DNA of 64,000 bases from Vicugna vicugna (Eukaryota), in NCBI GenBank assembly GCA_013265495.1, contig MU061538.1:1428001-1492000 (forward strand), written 5' to 3'. The position numbers were made by a program, and so were the translations under genes. Below, in pieces: positions 36,620 to 48,904 of the stretch (positions are counted from its first letter, which is position 1; each line of letters begins with the position of its first letter). The notes under the pieces are model-generated. The model did no database searches. It had not been told where the DNA came from and worked only from the letters and a program-made list of their open reading frames with translations.

Positions 36620-37635
36620 TTGTTTCTTGAAATTGTTGAGACTAGTCTGAGTCCTTTGCAGTTCCGAACAAATGTTAGAATCAGCGTGTTAGCTGCCGCC
36701 TAAAAGCTTATAGGCATCTTTATTGTGATTCTGTTAAACCTGTTGATCAATTTGGGGAAAATCGACATCTGAACCATTTTGAGTCTTCTGATACACAAAC
36801 ATGATATATTTCCTCATTTATTTACGCTTTTAAAGTTTGTCTCAGGAATACTTTAGGTCTCAGTGTCCATGTCTCATACAGACATAAGCATGCACGGATA
36901 TGTCCCTAAATATTTCCTATTTATTTGCTGTTAGGGTGGTTCTAAACTTCAGTGTCCAGTTGTTCACTAGTGAGCGAGTGTATCTGTGTGCCCTGCAAAC
37001 TCGCTTAACTCATTTCCTGATTTTAGAGCTTTTTCTGTGTAAATTCTTTAAGATGTTTTGCATAGACAATCATGTCAGCATCGAATAAAGACAGCGCTTC
37101 CTCCTCCTTTCCACGCCATCTACCTCCCCTCAAACGACATTGACTGAAAGTGGCACAGGCTCTCCTAGAGGTTCTCGGTCCCTGGGAGAGATTTCTGTCT
37201 TTTACTGTGGAGACTGGTGTTAGCTGTTGGCGTGCGTAACGCCGTACAGCTCCCTCAAATTAGTGCTTTAATTTCATCCCACAGTTTTGTTATATTGTGT
37301 TTGCATTTTCATTCAGTTCAAACTATTTTCTAATTCCCCCTGTAATTCTTTTTGACACACACATTATTTAGCAGTATGTTGCTTAATTTCCAAATACTTT
37401 AGGACGTCCCCAAATCTTTCTGCTAATATTTTACATTTAATTCTGTTGTAGCAGAAGAAATACTTTATTGCAATTCCATTAAATTTGATGAGGCTGGTTT
37501 TATGGCCCAGAAAGGACGTGGTCTATTTGGTAAATATTCCATGTGCGTTTGAAAGTGATGTTATTCTGCTCTTGTTGGGGGGAAGGCCCACCTATCACAT
37601 CAAGATGGTTGGTAGGGCCGTTTAAATCTTCTTTA
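36620..37635 (-). mobile_element. Old L1M ORF2 fragments (RT and EN regions)
   Basis: ttagaatcagc...gatcaatttggggaaaatcgacatc...ttgagtcttctgatacacaaacatg...gacaatcatgtcagcat; ttttcattcagttcaaactattttctaatt...ttttatggcccaga...aatattccatgtgcgtttgaaa. Confidence 0.85.
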
Positions 37636-37636
37636 C

Positions 37637-37692
37637 CCAAATACCATGACGTTGATGGTTAGGATTTCAGCATATGAATTTTGGGGAGATGT
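37637..37692 (-). mobile_element. MaLR LTR terminal fragment
   Basis: ccaaataccatgacgttgatggttaggatttcagcatatgaattttgggga. Confidence 0.6.
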
Positions 37693-37861
37693 AGGCGTCC
37701 ATCTATTGTGAGCTTCATTTAAAGGACAAAAATGTCTGTATGGATTAAAGAATGAAATAGAAGCCAACTGTATGCTGCTCACAGTGACACACATACACAT
37801 AAGGAGGCAGAAAGGCTGGAAGTAAAAGGATGGACAAAGGTGTATTTTGCAACCACTAAAC

Positions 37862-38343
37862 TCATGATTCCCAAACTGTGCACTGAACGTCCCGTGAGGC
37901 CAGAGCAAGCTCAGAGCGGTGACGTGGAGCATTTTACATTTTTGACGGAAAACAGCAAGATCTGTTGGACCCTGCGCGATTCCTAGCTCAGAGGAGCCCC
38001 CGGTTTCTGACTGACCTTGACAGTGCTCGTGACCTCGACAGCGCTCGTGACCTGGACAGCGCTCGTGGCGACGCCGTCTCTTTGCGAAGCCGGGCTTCCG
38101 GCAGTCGCTGGGAGAAGCAGCAAGTGCCGTGCGAGAGTCCGGAGGCCCTGCAGGTGGGGGGTGGGGCCTCTGGTTCCAGGCGCGGGGGGGCCGTGCAGTG
38201 CCCGGCAGGTGCCAGGTTCTTAGGACTTAGGTATTCAGCATGTCGTTTGGACCTATTTATAAGTGGACAGATTTGGTTTTAGTTTTGTCCCAAGGCCATC
38301 TTGACTCAGTTCCTGAGATGCGCAGAGAAAGTGTCAGAACCTC
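37862..38343 (+). mobile_element. hAT-Charlie DNA transposon (Charlie4z/4a-like), non-autonomous
   Basis: Starts tgattcccaaactgtgc, has internal tctttgcgaagccgggcttccggcagtcgct...agcaagtgccgtgcga...gtgcagtgcccggcagg, ends gagaaagtgtcagaacctc; 8-bp TSD-like cactaaac (37854-37861) / aactaaat (38344-38351). Confidence 0.75.
38012..38067 (+). repeat. 18-bp minisatellite x3 inside the Charlie element
   Basis: tgaccttgacagtgctcg / tgacctcgacagcgctcg / tgacctggacagcgctcg. Confidence 0.95.
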
Positions 38344-39729
38344 AACTAAATAAATAAGCAAAAAAGTGGTGTAGTTCTATTATGATCAAAGTAGAAATCA
38401 AATTAAAAACTGCTATGAGAGACACACAGTTTGCTGCATGATAATAAAAAGTTCGAGTCACCTGGAGGATATAAAAATTCTAGGGTCGTCTCTGTGGGTG
38501 GTAGGAGCACGTGCTGACAGAGTGACACGGAGCAGGTCAAAGTCGCAACTGTGCGGGGGATTTTAAAAAAAGTCTCATTATCTGATAAACCACTTACTAA
38601 ATTATTAAAAATTCTTATTTCAGTTTTGAGATCAGTAAGGGTTAAAACATTCCAATAATTAACAAACTGGATCTTATGACTGCATTTTATTTTTTATCTT
38701 TCGTTCTGTTTAACTGAAGCACAGGCAGTTCCGATGTGTCGGTCTCCGGCATCCAACACGACGACCACATTTAAACATGCACCTGGGGACTGCAGGCCTG
38801 TGTTATTTTCAAACACATGAAAAGCATTTATAAAAAGTAACCCTCTTCTGGCCAGAAAACAAGGACGTCTCAACATATTTCGATGAATTGAAATCATACA
38901 GAGTGTATATTTTGACCATATTTTACTTAAACCAAAACCCAATACTAATAGAGAACTAGGGAAAAAACCCACACATTCATTTGAAAATTAAGGAATAAAA
39001 TTCTAAATAATTATGAGTCAAAGGAAAAGTCATCATGGAAATTAGAAAATATTTTGAATTGAATGATAACAAAAATGCAGTGTATTCAGCACCAGTAGGA
39101 TTCAGTTAGAGCTGTACTTAGAGAAAATGTACAGGTTTTCATGCATTTTTAAGAGAAAAAAAAAGGCTTAAAATCTGTAAGTTAAGTACCCATCTTAAGC
39201 AATTGGAAGATGACAGCAGGTTAAACTTAAAACAGAAGAATAGAAAAGACAGAAAACACAAAATAATGAACTGGGAGACGTGCACTAGAGAAGATCAGAA
39301 AAGTCAAGAGTTGAATCTTTGTAAGGATGCAAATGTTACCCTCTGGCAGGTTTAATCACTGAAAAGAGAGAAAGAATAATTAATAGGGCCTAAAATGAAG
39401 AATTCATCTCTCCAGATCCTTTAGACTTTAGCAAAGCAATGAATGTACTTTTAAAAAAAGTTTTTATTTCTGTTGATAGATTTGTGAAAGTAGATGAAAC
39501 GGACAAATTGTTGGAAAAGTAAAACATCAAAAATTGGCTCAAGATGTATAAAAATATGAGTAGTTCCATCAGCATTAAAGAAATTAAATTACAGAAGATT
39601 AAAAACCTTTCTCAGAAAATCCTGGAACAATTAGGTATGCTGGTAAATGGTACCAGATATTTAAGGAGGAAATAGTGTCGACATTACACAAACTCTTCTA
39701 GGGACTAGAAAAACGGAACTTTGCACTTA

Positions 39730-39885
39730 GCAGCAGAGTGACCTGGGACAACTTACTTCACGTATCTGTGTCTTGAAAGTTGTCATTACCCCGTCAGGTC
39801 ATGATGGACAGTAAAGAACTTCATATTTCCGAAGTGTCGGAGATGGTCCCTGGCACCAAGAGAGCAGGTGTCGATGCTGGTGAGC
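39730..39885 (+). mobile_element. MIR fragment
   Basis: gtgacctgggacaacttacttcacgtatctgtgtct...aagtgtcggagatggtccctggcaccaagagagc. Confidence 0.6.
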
Positions 39886-41108
39886 ACGCTGACTTGTCAG
39901 GATGACAGCAAGACCAGCCAGCTAGCATGTGTTCACCTTGTCTGCATGCCCGTGACCGTGCTGAGCTCTGCCTTCAGTACCCAGCTTAAATCTCGCTGCA
40001 GCCATAGGTGGTGAGGACCCGGGCGAGGGCACACTTCATTGTCCCCTCTTGGCTTGGGGCTCCCTGAGCCCCTCCTGCTTAAAGCGGACGTTTGAACTCC
40101 CCCGAAACACATGAAGGTGAGTCTCTGACTGAGCGGCCTTGGGGGAGCCAATGCTCCTCTCCAACGCCGGGCTCCCCTGCGCCCCGACTGTGCTGTGGTC
40201 GTGGGGGCTTCTCCCCCAGGGGGGTCTCCAGGTGCCTGGGGGGTGACACCCATGACAGGGTTGCAGAGGCCCCAGCCCGCTGGTTGGTTCTGGTCTTGTG
40301 TAGCCAGCGGATGTCCCGGCAGGGGACCAGAGGGCCAGAGGAGAAGGGGGTCCGAGCATCGTCCTGGCTCCTTCACACCTGGGTGCCTGGCTCTCCTGCA
40401 CCTGCCGTTCTGCTGGGTTTGTCCACGCCGGGCGCCTGCTGTCGCTGACCTTCGACCTCCCAGCCTCAGACTGGCCCCCTGGGGCCTCCCGCGCCGCTGT
40501 ACATCATCTCCCCTTCCGCGGACTGCAGGCCCCCCCGGGGGGAGGGATGCTGGCAGGCCCACTCGGCCCGCATGGGGCGCCTGCCCCTCGGGGTGAAGCC
40601 CTTCTTCCAGCCGCAGCAGCAGAGTTGGCCGCGCTCGCCGCCCTTCGTCACGCTCTTCGTTTGGTCTCTGAGGACTTCTTGCTGGTTCAGCAGAGCATTT
40701 GAAAAGACGCTTGCCCTCCGTTTTGTCTAGAACTTCCAAATGTCTTGTTCCAAAAAGTTTCATCAGGGTATCTAGTCTGCCATGTTGTCTAAAAGCAAGA
40801 GTAGCTGAGTGATTTCCAGTATTATCCTGGGGGAGCACTTCTCTTCAGACAAAATCTTACATGGAGTCTTAATGTACACAATAAGACTTCTCATACAAAC
40901 ACCCACGAGGAGCAGTGCTGTGCCTCTATCGCAAGAGGAGAGGTCTGCCTGGATTTCTCGTCTCTGACCGGTTCCCTGATGAGGAGCCTTGTGGTGAGCT
41001 CACAGCCCTGGGACCCTGTGCAGCTCAGTCTGCCGCCACTTGTCCAGCTCAGTCCTGACTTTAGTAATATACATAATAAGTTATCTGCCTTAAAACGCTC
41101 TGTGGGTT

Positions 41109-41664
41109 CAAAAAGACACATGCACCCCAATGCTCACAGCAGCACTATTTACAATAGTCGAGACATGGAAGCAACTTAAATGTCCATTGACAGATGACTG
41201 GTTAAAGAAGTTGTGGTGTATTTATACAGTGGGATACTACTCAGCCATAAAAAGAATAAAATAATGCCATTTGCAGCAACACGGATGGACTTGGAGATTG
41301 TAATTTTAAGTGAAGTAAGCCAAAAAGAGAAAGAAAAATACCGTATGATATTGCTCATATATGGACTCTGAAAAAAAGACGAAGACACAAATGAACTTAT
41401 CTACAGAAAAGAAGCAGATTCACAGACATAGAAGACAAACTTACGGTCACTGGGGTGAAAGGGGGTGGGAAGAGATAAATTGGGAGTTCGATATTTGCAA
41501 ATACTAACTAGTATATATAAAATAGATAAACAACAAGTGCATACTATATAACACAGGGAACTATATTCAGTATCTTGTAGTAACCTGTAATGAAAAAGAA
41601 TATGAAAATGAATGTATGTATGTACATCAGACACACTGTAAACTGACTAGACTTCAGTAAAAAA
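41109..41664 (+). mobile_element. 5'-truncated LINE-1 (ORF2 end + 3' UTR) with TSD
   Basis: caaaaagacacatgcaccccaatg...ctgtaaactgactagacttcagtaaaaaa; TSD aaaacgctctgtgggtt (41092-41108) vs gaaatgctctgttggtt (41665-41681), preceded by tt. Confidence 0.95.
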
Positions 41665-42437
41665 GAAATGCTCTGTTGGTTGATGGTAGATTTAAAAATG
41701 AACCAGATCTCCTTGTTGCTAATGGAAAGCATTTTGCATTCCATGTAATGCTGATATAAAACGCAACACAATAAAAATCCCAAATAGGAACCATTTACAG
41801 ATGAGCACTGAACTGGCTTTGTTGGCCTGAATGTTAGAACCCGTGGACAGGGAAGACTGCACTTTCTCACATACGCCCTGAAATTAATTCAAGCCTCAGC
41901 TTCAAGCTGGGGCTTGAGATCCCCACGTTCCCCCCGACACCCTCCGTCAAATGAAAACCTCTCTTCCTGTTACGTGTCTTCAGCCGCGGGCAGCGGCTCG
42001 CACTCCAGGGGAGTGATGAGTGGTAGGGCGTGGTCGGCGTTCTTCCGAAAGAAGCTTCCAGAGTCCAAACTGTTGCTCTGTTTCCCTACCAATGGTATAT
42101 CCTTGAGCTGGAGATGACAGGCTTGAATGAAAATAGGTCAACAGTACTTAAGGTAAGTAATACTTTAATCAATTTTAAGATAATTTCTGATGGCTAGTGC
42201 GTAATGGTAATACACTACTTTAAAAATTTCCTTTTAAAGCTGTGTGGATGTTTAAAAACCCTATTGTATAAATGGCATTTGAAAGACAGAGTTACCCGTT
42301 TTATCTTCCCTCAGTGGCTCTGTCTATTAAAATCGGCCATAGTAGGGTTTTTAGATTTGCTGTAATTACTGTCACTCTGTAGGTACCTTGTGAATTCATG
42401 TCCTGGGAATGTGTGGGTGACCTGCATTGTTTCATGG

Positions 42438-42739
42438 ACCACCCCTTCCCCCCCCCCCATAACCACAAGTTTGTTTTCTATGTCTGTGAGTCTGTTTCCC
42501 TTGTGTCTTTTTTTTTCAGGTTCCACATACAAGTGATCTCATATGGTATTTTTCTTTCTCTTTCTGGCTTCACTTAGAACGGCAGTCTCCCTCCATGTTG
42601 CTGCAAATGGCATTATTTTATTATTTTTTATGGGTGAGTAGTACTCCATTGTACTTACATACCACAGCTTCTTTATCCAGTCATCTGTCCATGGCCATTT
42701 AGGTTGCTCCCAGGTCTTGGCTATTGTAAATAGTGCTGC
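42438..42739 (-). mobile_element. LINE-1 ORF2 end/3' UTR fragment
   Basis: taaccacaagtttgttttctatgtctgtgagtctgtttc...ccatgttgctgcaaatggcatt...cttggctattgtaaatagtgctgc. Confidence 0.92.
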
Positions 42740-42828
42740 AGTATGTTCTTAATGCCCAATGAATGCCTTATTTAAATTCACACTACTTTTTCCTAAGTCC
42801 AAATTGTAATATCCCAAGAGCAGGATAA

Positions 42829-42859
42829 GAAACAAAACAAAACAAAACAAAACAAAAAA
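42829..42859. repeat. (AAAAC)n microsatellite
   Basis: aaacaaaacaaaacaaaacaaaacaaaaaa. Confidence 0.9.
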
Positions 42860-43764
42860 GAGAATCTGTGAATTATCATGTCACTCCTGACCAGCTCCGT
42901 TTAATTAATCATGGACTTGAATGGTGTGCAGGTGCCGAGACAAGGAATGAGGGACTGCCTTGTTTTAAGGGGTGATGGAAGGGGAGAGAGTGTCTGTCCT
43001 AACAGCTCGTTTTCCCAGCACTGAGTCCCATGTAGAGAGCCAGATGCTCCCAGAGCACCACTTCCCCAGAACGCCAGGGTGTTGGAGCCGTGTGGTCCTG
43101 GCACGGTAGTGGGTGTCGCTTGGGCATCACTGGGTGACAGACTGGGCGGTTGCCAGTGCAGTTGGTAACATCTGCCCCCGGCCCGGGCAGTCCTTCCTCT
43201 AGCGCCCTCACTCCCCAGGCGGAGTTGCTGGCAGCGGCGGGGTGGCTCATGCAAGGTCATCACCGTGGTGTTCAGGCGGTTCCCAAACGCAGTCTGCTGG
43301 TTCTGGATTCAGGCTCATCCTGACGCGCCGCGATGCTTCCTTCACCCAGAGGGTCAAACATCTTGGATTAAAAGTGATTTTTAAATATTAAGTTCATTTG
43401 TGTTGCTGGTCGGAAGTCCATGGGTGATTTATTTCCATGTGTGGAGGTGCCGTGTTCTGTGTCCCGTGTCATCTCAGCACAGCTCTTCTGTACAGAAAAC
43501 AAGGAACTATTTTTTGTGAGTTCAACATTTAATTTGTGGGGCACGTTAGTCCCCCTCCATCAAACTGAACATCTTTTCTTTGATGAAAATTAATTTCCTG
43601 ATCCTTATTCAAGTAAACAAAATATGAACTGAAGGGTAAATATAAAATGTTGGTAATTCATTGTTCTTTCTCTCTCTGGATATTAAAACAGAATTGGCTT
43701 TTACCTGCAACATACACAGTCATTATTTTTCTGAAAAGTCCTCTGTAAAGAATCAAAAGTACAC

Positions 43765-43990
43765 ATCCCACTCGGAGGAACTCGGGGTCCTCGTCCTCAA
43801 GGAGACCTGTCTTGGGGGCTCACAGCAGCTTGCTTTATTATGGCAAAAACCAGAAACCACCCAAAGGTCCTTTAGTAAGAGTGCAGGCAAGAGAACCATC
43901 ACGGCTTACTCGTGCAGTGGAATATGACGTAACAGTCAAAATGGGTGTGCTGGAATCACATCTGTGCATGTAAGTCAGTGTAAATAAAAA
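43765..43990 (+). mobile_element. Old L1ME ORF2 end fragment
   Basis: caaggagacctgt...ctcacagcagcttgctttattatggcaaaaaccagaaaccacccaaaggtcc...gcagtggaatatgacgtaacagtcaaaatg. Confidence 0.7.
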
Positions 43991-44759
43991 GCTTTTACTG
44001 AATTGGAAACTTTCACTTCTAGTGTGATGGCCTGTATGTGCAGTTAAAGGCCCCGTGTGGCTGTCTTCTGTAACATTCGTAGATGTTCACGGGTGTTCAC
44101 CATGCATCTCTTTGTTTGAAGTGCAAATCTAAAAATGATAGTTACTGCAATGAAAACTAAACCCGGTTTAGTTCGAGCAAAATATAAAAAAGAGGTCACT
44201 GGTGATGGCAAAAACATATTACCAAAGAACGAATTAGACGCTTGCTAGGTTTAGACACCCCCAACTTGCCCGTCTCATCATAGTACAAGTATAGCACGTG
44301 GTGCATGTCCAAAGCCAAAGGAAGTGCTTTTATCCCTAAGATAACTTACTTGGCTCATTTTAAGACAAAGGTAGCTGTTCCTCTGTTTGCTTTGCATTCT
44401 GTAGGATTTGTGGAGGTAACTGGGCTCGTGAGGAAGCTGAGATCGTGATGCCACAAGAGTCGGAACCAAGGGCAGTAGGGGTGGTCCTGGGAGCTGCTCT
44501 ACCTGGGGTGGCCAGCGGGAGCCCAGCTGTGCGCAGAGCTGAGTCACAGGGATGCACCCCTCAAAACCCCAGTATTTGCGCCCCCACGTCACCACGCCTG
44601 GCTCTTTCCTTCCGCATCCTGTCCCAAGGATCTGATGATGTGTGCACGACACCCTTGGTCTCCTCCAGTCTGCTGCGACGTCTTCTTCACACTCCCAGCA
44701 TCTAATTCTAGGTTGACGGCCTGATCTGCGTCTCCACCCACCACCTCTCCCATTAACCT

Positions 44760-45455
44760 CACCCTGATTTTCCAACTCAGATTCCCGTCAACAACGCAGA
44801 CTCAGCATTTCCCTGGAACTCAGGTCCACGTGGCCCAGATATCTCTCTGCATATCTCTCCTTGCTCATAGAGACTCCACGTCTCAGGGTTGTCTGGTCGC
44901 CAGTACCTCTTTCCCTCAACCACCCAGGATCCGGACAGTTACTTCCTTGGTGAAGGCTGACACTCAGTTCTTTATTCTGCACGATGACCACGAAGGCATC
45001 CTCACCACTCCGCGCCCATGAACGGCTTCCTGGTCCCTCTGGCACACGCGTTTTTTTCCTCACATCCTTTACTTTGACATCAGTGACTAGGGAGCCTCTT
45101 CAACTCCACTTCCGTCGTGTTCCTCCCATTAGTGGTTTCCCTGCTAGATGAAGACCAGATTTCCCAGTCACCCTTGTCCCAGCCTGTCTTTATAACTTTG
45201 TTTTCCGCCCCTCTCCAGCAAGAATCCTGTGTTTTTACCAATTTAGCTACCTACTCTTCTTTTCCTCAATGTCGATACCAATAGTTTGATGCTTAGGATA
45301 AACTGCACGGTACTGCTCTTAAATTTCCCTGTCTGTTCTCTCCCACTGGGTCATGAGTTTCTAAAATGTGACCATTATTCCTCTTTCTTGCTTGTTTCCT
45401 GAAGAGCCACTCACTGTACGTCTTTTTAGGCATTCAAAAGTGAATGAGTAAGTTA
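44760..45455 (+). mobile_element. L2 fragments including the 3' end
   Basis: cagactcagcatttccctggaactcaggtcc...; tgtctgttctctcccactgggtcatgagtttctaaaatg...taggcattcaaaagtgaatgagt. Confidence 0.5.
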
Positions 45456-46032
45456 AAATAAAATTTTATGCATCTGAGAAAAATTTTCATTTCAATAACT
45501 AGAAATAATCATATCAAAAAACCTTTCAGTTTTCCTTTCAAAATTAGTTTTCTTTTATTGCAACTATGCTTGATAGTATTGGCTCGGGGTAGGAAATTGA
45601 ACCCACATTCTGGTTATGCTTGAGAAGCACGCCTAGAAGTGAGTGGGTCATCTGAGTCATGAAAAGCAGACGCGAATCTGACTGTGTAGAACCAACGCTG
45701 CTGGCGGCGACCCAGTCGCCACGGCGGGTGCGTCTCATGACGGCTTCACGTATCACGGGGACCGGCCCTTGGACAAGTGAGTTCAGGGCCCTGGAGACGC
45801 GTGTGCGTGTGTGTGTCTGTGATCTCCGGGCTTGTGTACCAGCACGTCTGTGGGGGGGGGGGTGATCGTGTACATTCACTGGTAATTGCTACATGACTCC
45901 AACACAGCGAATTAGTTTATGATAATCATAAAGAAATTCTTGTGACCAAAACTAAAAGCACCATAGGAATCGCATTCATCTGAATTCGGTTTACATAATA
46001 TCTGTGATAGATTTTATAATAGTTGTGATGAG

Positions 46033-46308
46033 TAACAGACATAGAAAACAAACTTATAGTTACCAGGGGGAAAGGGGTGGGAAGGGATAAACTGGGAGGT
46101 CGAGATTTGCAGATACACACCACTTATATAAAGTGGATGAACGACAGGGTCCTACTGTACAGCATGAGGAACCCTATTCGATGTCGTGTAGTTGCCTATA
46201 ATGAAAAAGACTGAAAAGGAATATGTGTACATACGTGTATCACTGAAACATGATGCTGTGCGCCAGAAAGTCACACAACATTGTAAACCGACTAGACTTC
46301 AATAAAAA
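46033..46308 (+). mobile_element. LINE-1 3' UTR fragment with degenerate TSD
   Basis: acagacatagaaaacaaacttatagttaccaggggg...cattgtaaaccgactagacttcaataaaaa; flanks aatagttgtgatg / aataatcgtgacg. Confidence 0.92.
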
Positions 46309-48164
46309 ATAATCGTGACGGTTAAAATCTTAAATTTGGTATCAAGACAGAACAACCTAAAAGCAGATCATTATCTTAATGTTTCCCAATACATAGATTA
46401 GTGGCATCTTTAATTCAGGCTCTGATAACGGAGATGCAGACTGTTTCTCAGTGAAAGATGCTGACAGATTTGGTTAGTGTTCCCGACGTGCAGCCCAACC
46501 AGATTAGACGAGCTCGGTTCCGTCACGTGACCCGGTATTTGTGTGTCTGTCTGCACATTTTCCCGTTGAGGGTGAGTGTGACTTGGAGGACAACAAAGGG
46601 TCTTAGAGAATCTTTAATTTCATATTCTAACGAGTTCGCCCTATTTGTTTGCTTTGAATCACTCATTTCAATAAGGTGAAAACTTGCGTTAATCCTCCAT
46701 TCATCAGTTGCCTGGATGCATGTGAAATAGATCATGTGGACAAAATAAAGCCCCACCAGACGCAATCTGCCATTGTCCCCTCAGCTGCTTCGAGGGGACT
46801 CTTCACAGGTACTAAGAGGCCACTCCAGCCACTTCACATATTTTTGAGGATCTTCTCTTTTTTCCCCCACACAGCACACTACTCAGCACAGAAGAAAAGC
46901 CAGAAGCAGGCATCAGATGAAGGAGAAGCTGAAGGAGGCCGAACTCATTCTCCACACACACGGAGACAGTTGGCCCTGCGCTGATTCTGGAGAGCTGAAT
47001 GAAAGGAATAAATTGTGACATGGGAAAAACTGAAAAGGACAACAGTTTCCTGGCTCACACAGCTTCATTACCTCGGGTTGGCATTTTTCTTGAAGACCAA
47101 TGGCCAAAACAGGACAAAAATGTTTTTCCCCATTAATTGCTTTCAACCACTGTCCTGTTAAACACCCAATTAGAAGGTAGAAGTGTGGTCCTCTGTTTGC
47201 TTCTAATGAGCAGGCGCGAGAGGCGGGGGCGGATGGGGAGGAGGGTGGGGGAGGGAGAAGGGACATAATGGAGGGTCCGGCACTTTCTTTTATGGCTTGT
47301 AGAACAGGAAGATCAATGGGGACGGTTTATCATGTCTTCAGGCCACAGTGGCCTCCCGCACGACCAGGGCCTTAGAAACACGGCTCAGGCCACGCAGCCC
47401 TCCTGAAAGGGAGTCACTCTTCAGGGCTCCGCTGGACTTGACGCGTCCCCGCACACGTGCACCTACAGCCAAATGTCCAGGTTGATTCGTGCCCCAGAAA
47501 ACACACGCACGGTCCGCTCCAAGCGTCTGAAATCTGCCCCTTACAGAGGAATCTCAAACTGGGACACCCCAGACGTTGTTTAAATCCCAAAGGTAAAAAA
47601 ATAACCGAGCGAGCAGAGTTGGTTGCGTTTTGACCACAGCCAGGCTTCTAGTCTGGGGAGAAACCGAGCGCTTCACGTTACAGCTGGGGCTGGGGTGTGG
47701 GGGTGGGGGGAGTCCGAGGCCCATCAGCACATCCTGGGCACGAACTCTGAGCCCCCCTCTCTCGTCCATCCGTGCCTTCCTCCCGTTTTGTTTTCCTCCT
47801 GAGCCCTGTTTCTGAACTCACCTTTACCCTGTGGAACTTGATGAGTGAGGACAGGAAAAAGCGCTCCTGACTTTGAACGGCTTCAAACAAATCGGGGGTG
47901 GGAGGGACATGAGGCGACTTCAGGGATGCATTGAGTCTCTGTGTATGTGGATTCTTCGGGGTTAGCTTCCAGAAACTTGATCAGGACAGGAAAGAGATTG
48001 AGGACACCTGTCTTCTCTGTGAGTTAATATTTGAAGGACGCACACGGCACCCACTGTGGCGAGCTGGGGGCTGGTTGGGGCCGTCTCACAGGCAGTGAGC
48101 CCAGGCCCAGTTAGGTCCCCGGGGACGCAGTGCTGCCCGTGGACTCCGCATCGCAGTTCAGCTA

Positions 48165-48290
48165 CTGTCAGTAACATTTCTTGAGCACCTACTACATGTC
48201 ATGTTTAAAACACTTGTCATCAGTGAGCTCAGTGATCCATGCAAACATCTACGAGGCAGGTGCTGACACCACCCCACAATCTGGGGACGC
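48165..48290 (-). mobile_element. MIR fragment
   Basis: taacatttcttgagcacctactacatgtca...tgatccatgcaaacatctacgaggcaggtgctg. Confidence 0.7.
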
Positions 48291-48377
48291 TCACGTCCAC
48301 ATAGTGAAAGCTGCCGGTGGAGGGGGTGGCGTTGCTTCCCCTTGGTGTGGGAATCTTTGTTCCTCTTTTAAAAAATG

Positions 48378-48904
48378 TTTTTATTGAAGTGTAGCAGTTG
48401 ATCAACGGTGTTAGTTTTTCAGGTGAACAGCAAAGGGGTTCAGTCATACGTGTACATGCATATATATGTTTTTTTTTTCAGATTCTTTTCCACTGTATGT
48501 TATTACAAGAAACTGAATATAGTTCCCTGTGTGATACAGTAGGTCCTTGTTGTTTGTCTATTTTATATATGGTCATGTGTGTCTGTTCATCCCCAACCCC
48601 TGATTTATTTCTCCTGGCCCTTTCCCCTTTGGTAACCATGTTTGTTTTCTGTATCTGTGATTTGGGGTTTGTAAATAGAATTTGTATCATTTTCTAGATT
48701 CCACATATAGATGATATTATGTGATCCCTGTCTTTCTCTGTCTGACTTAGTTCACTTAGTATGATAATCTCTAGGTCCATCCATGTTGCTGCAGATGGCA
48801 TTATTTCATCCTTTTTCATGGCTGAGTAATATTCCTGTGTGTGTGTGTGTTTACACCACAGCTTCTTTATCCAGTCATCTGTTGATGGACATGTAGGTTG
48901 TTTC
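48378..48904 (-). mobile_element. 5'-truncated LINE-1 3' end
   Basis: tttttattgaagtgtagcagttgat...gaatatagttccctgtgtgatacagtaggtccttgttg...ttatccagtcatctgttgatggacatgtaggttgtttc. Confidence 0.93.

Larger units (their letters stand above)
37715..39725 (+). mobile_element. Old L1M ORF2 5' part (endonuclease to early RT), split by a Charlie insertion
   Basis: tggattaaag...ccaactgtatgctg...ggctggaagtaaaaggatggacaaaggtgtattttgcaaccactaa ... ttctaaataattatgagtcaaagga...gaaattagaaaatattttgaattgaatgataa ... tttaaggaggaaatagtg...tacacaaactcttc. Confidence 0.88.

Noticed and set aside
38012..38067. CRISPR-like array
   Set aside because: Head-to-tail 18-bp units with no spacers, inside a eukaryotic DNA transposon; no cas genes.
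36620..39725. Oppositely oriented L1 ORF2 fragments as a functional inverted repeat or twin-priming inversion
   Set aside because: The two cover overlapping EN regions but are highly diverged from each other; independent old insertions are simpler.
39933..40838. 301-aa ORF and other 150-230 aa GC-rich ORFs
   Set aside because: Overlapping ORFs in several frames and on both strands reflect stop-codon scarcity; no homology recognised.
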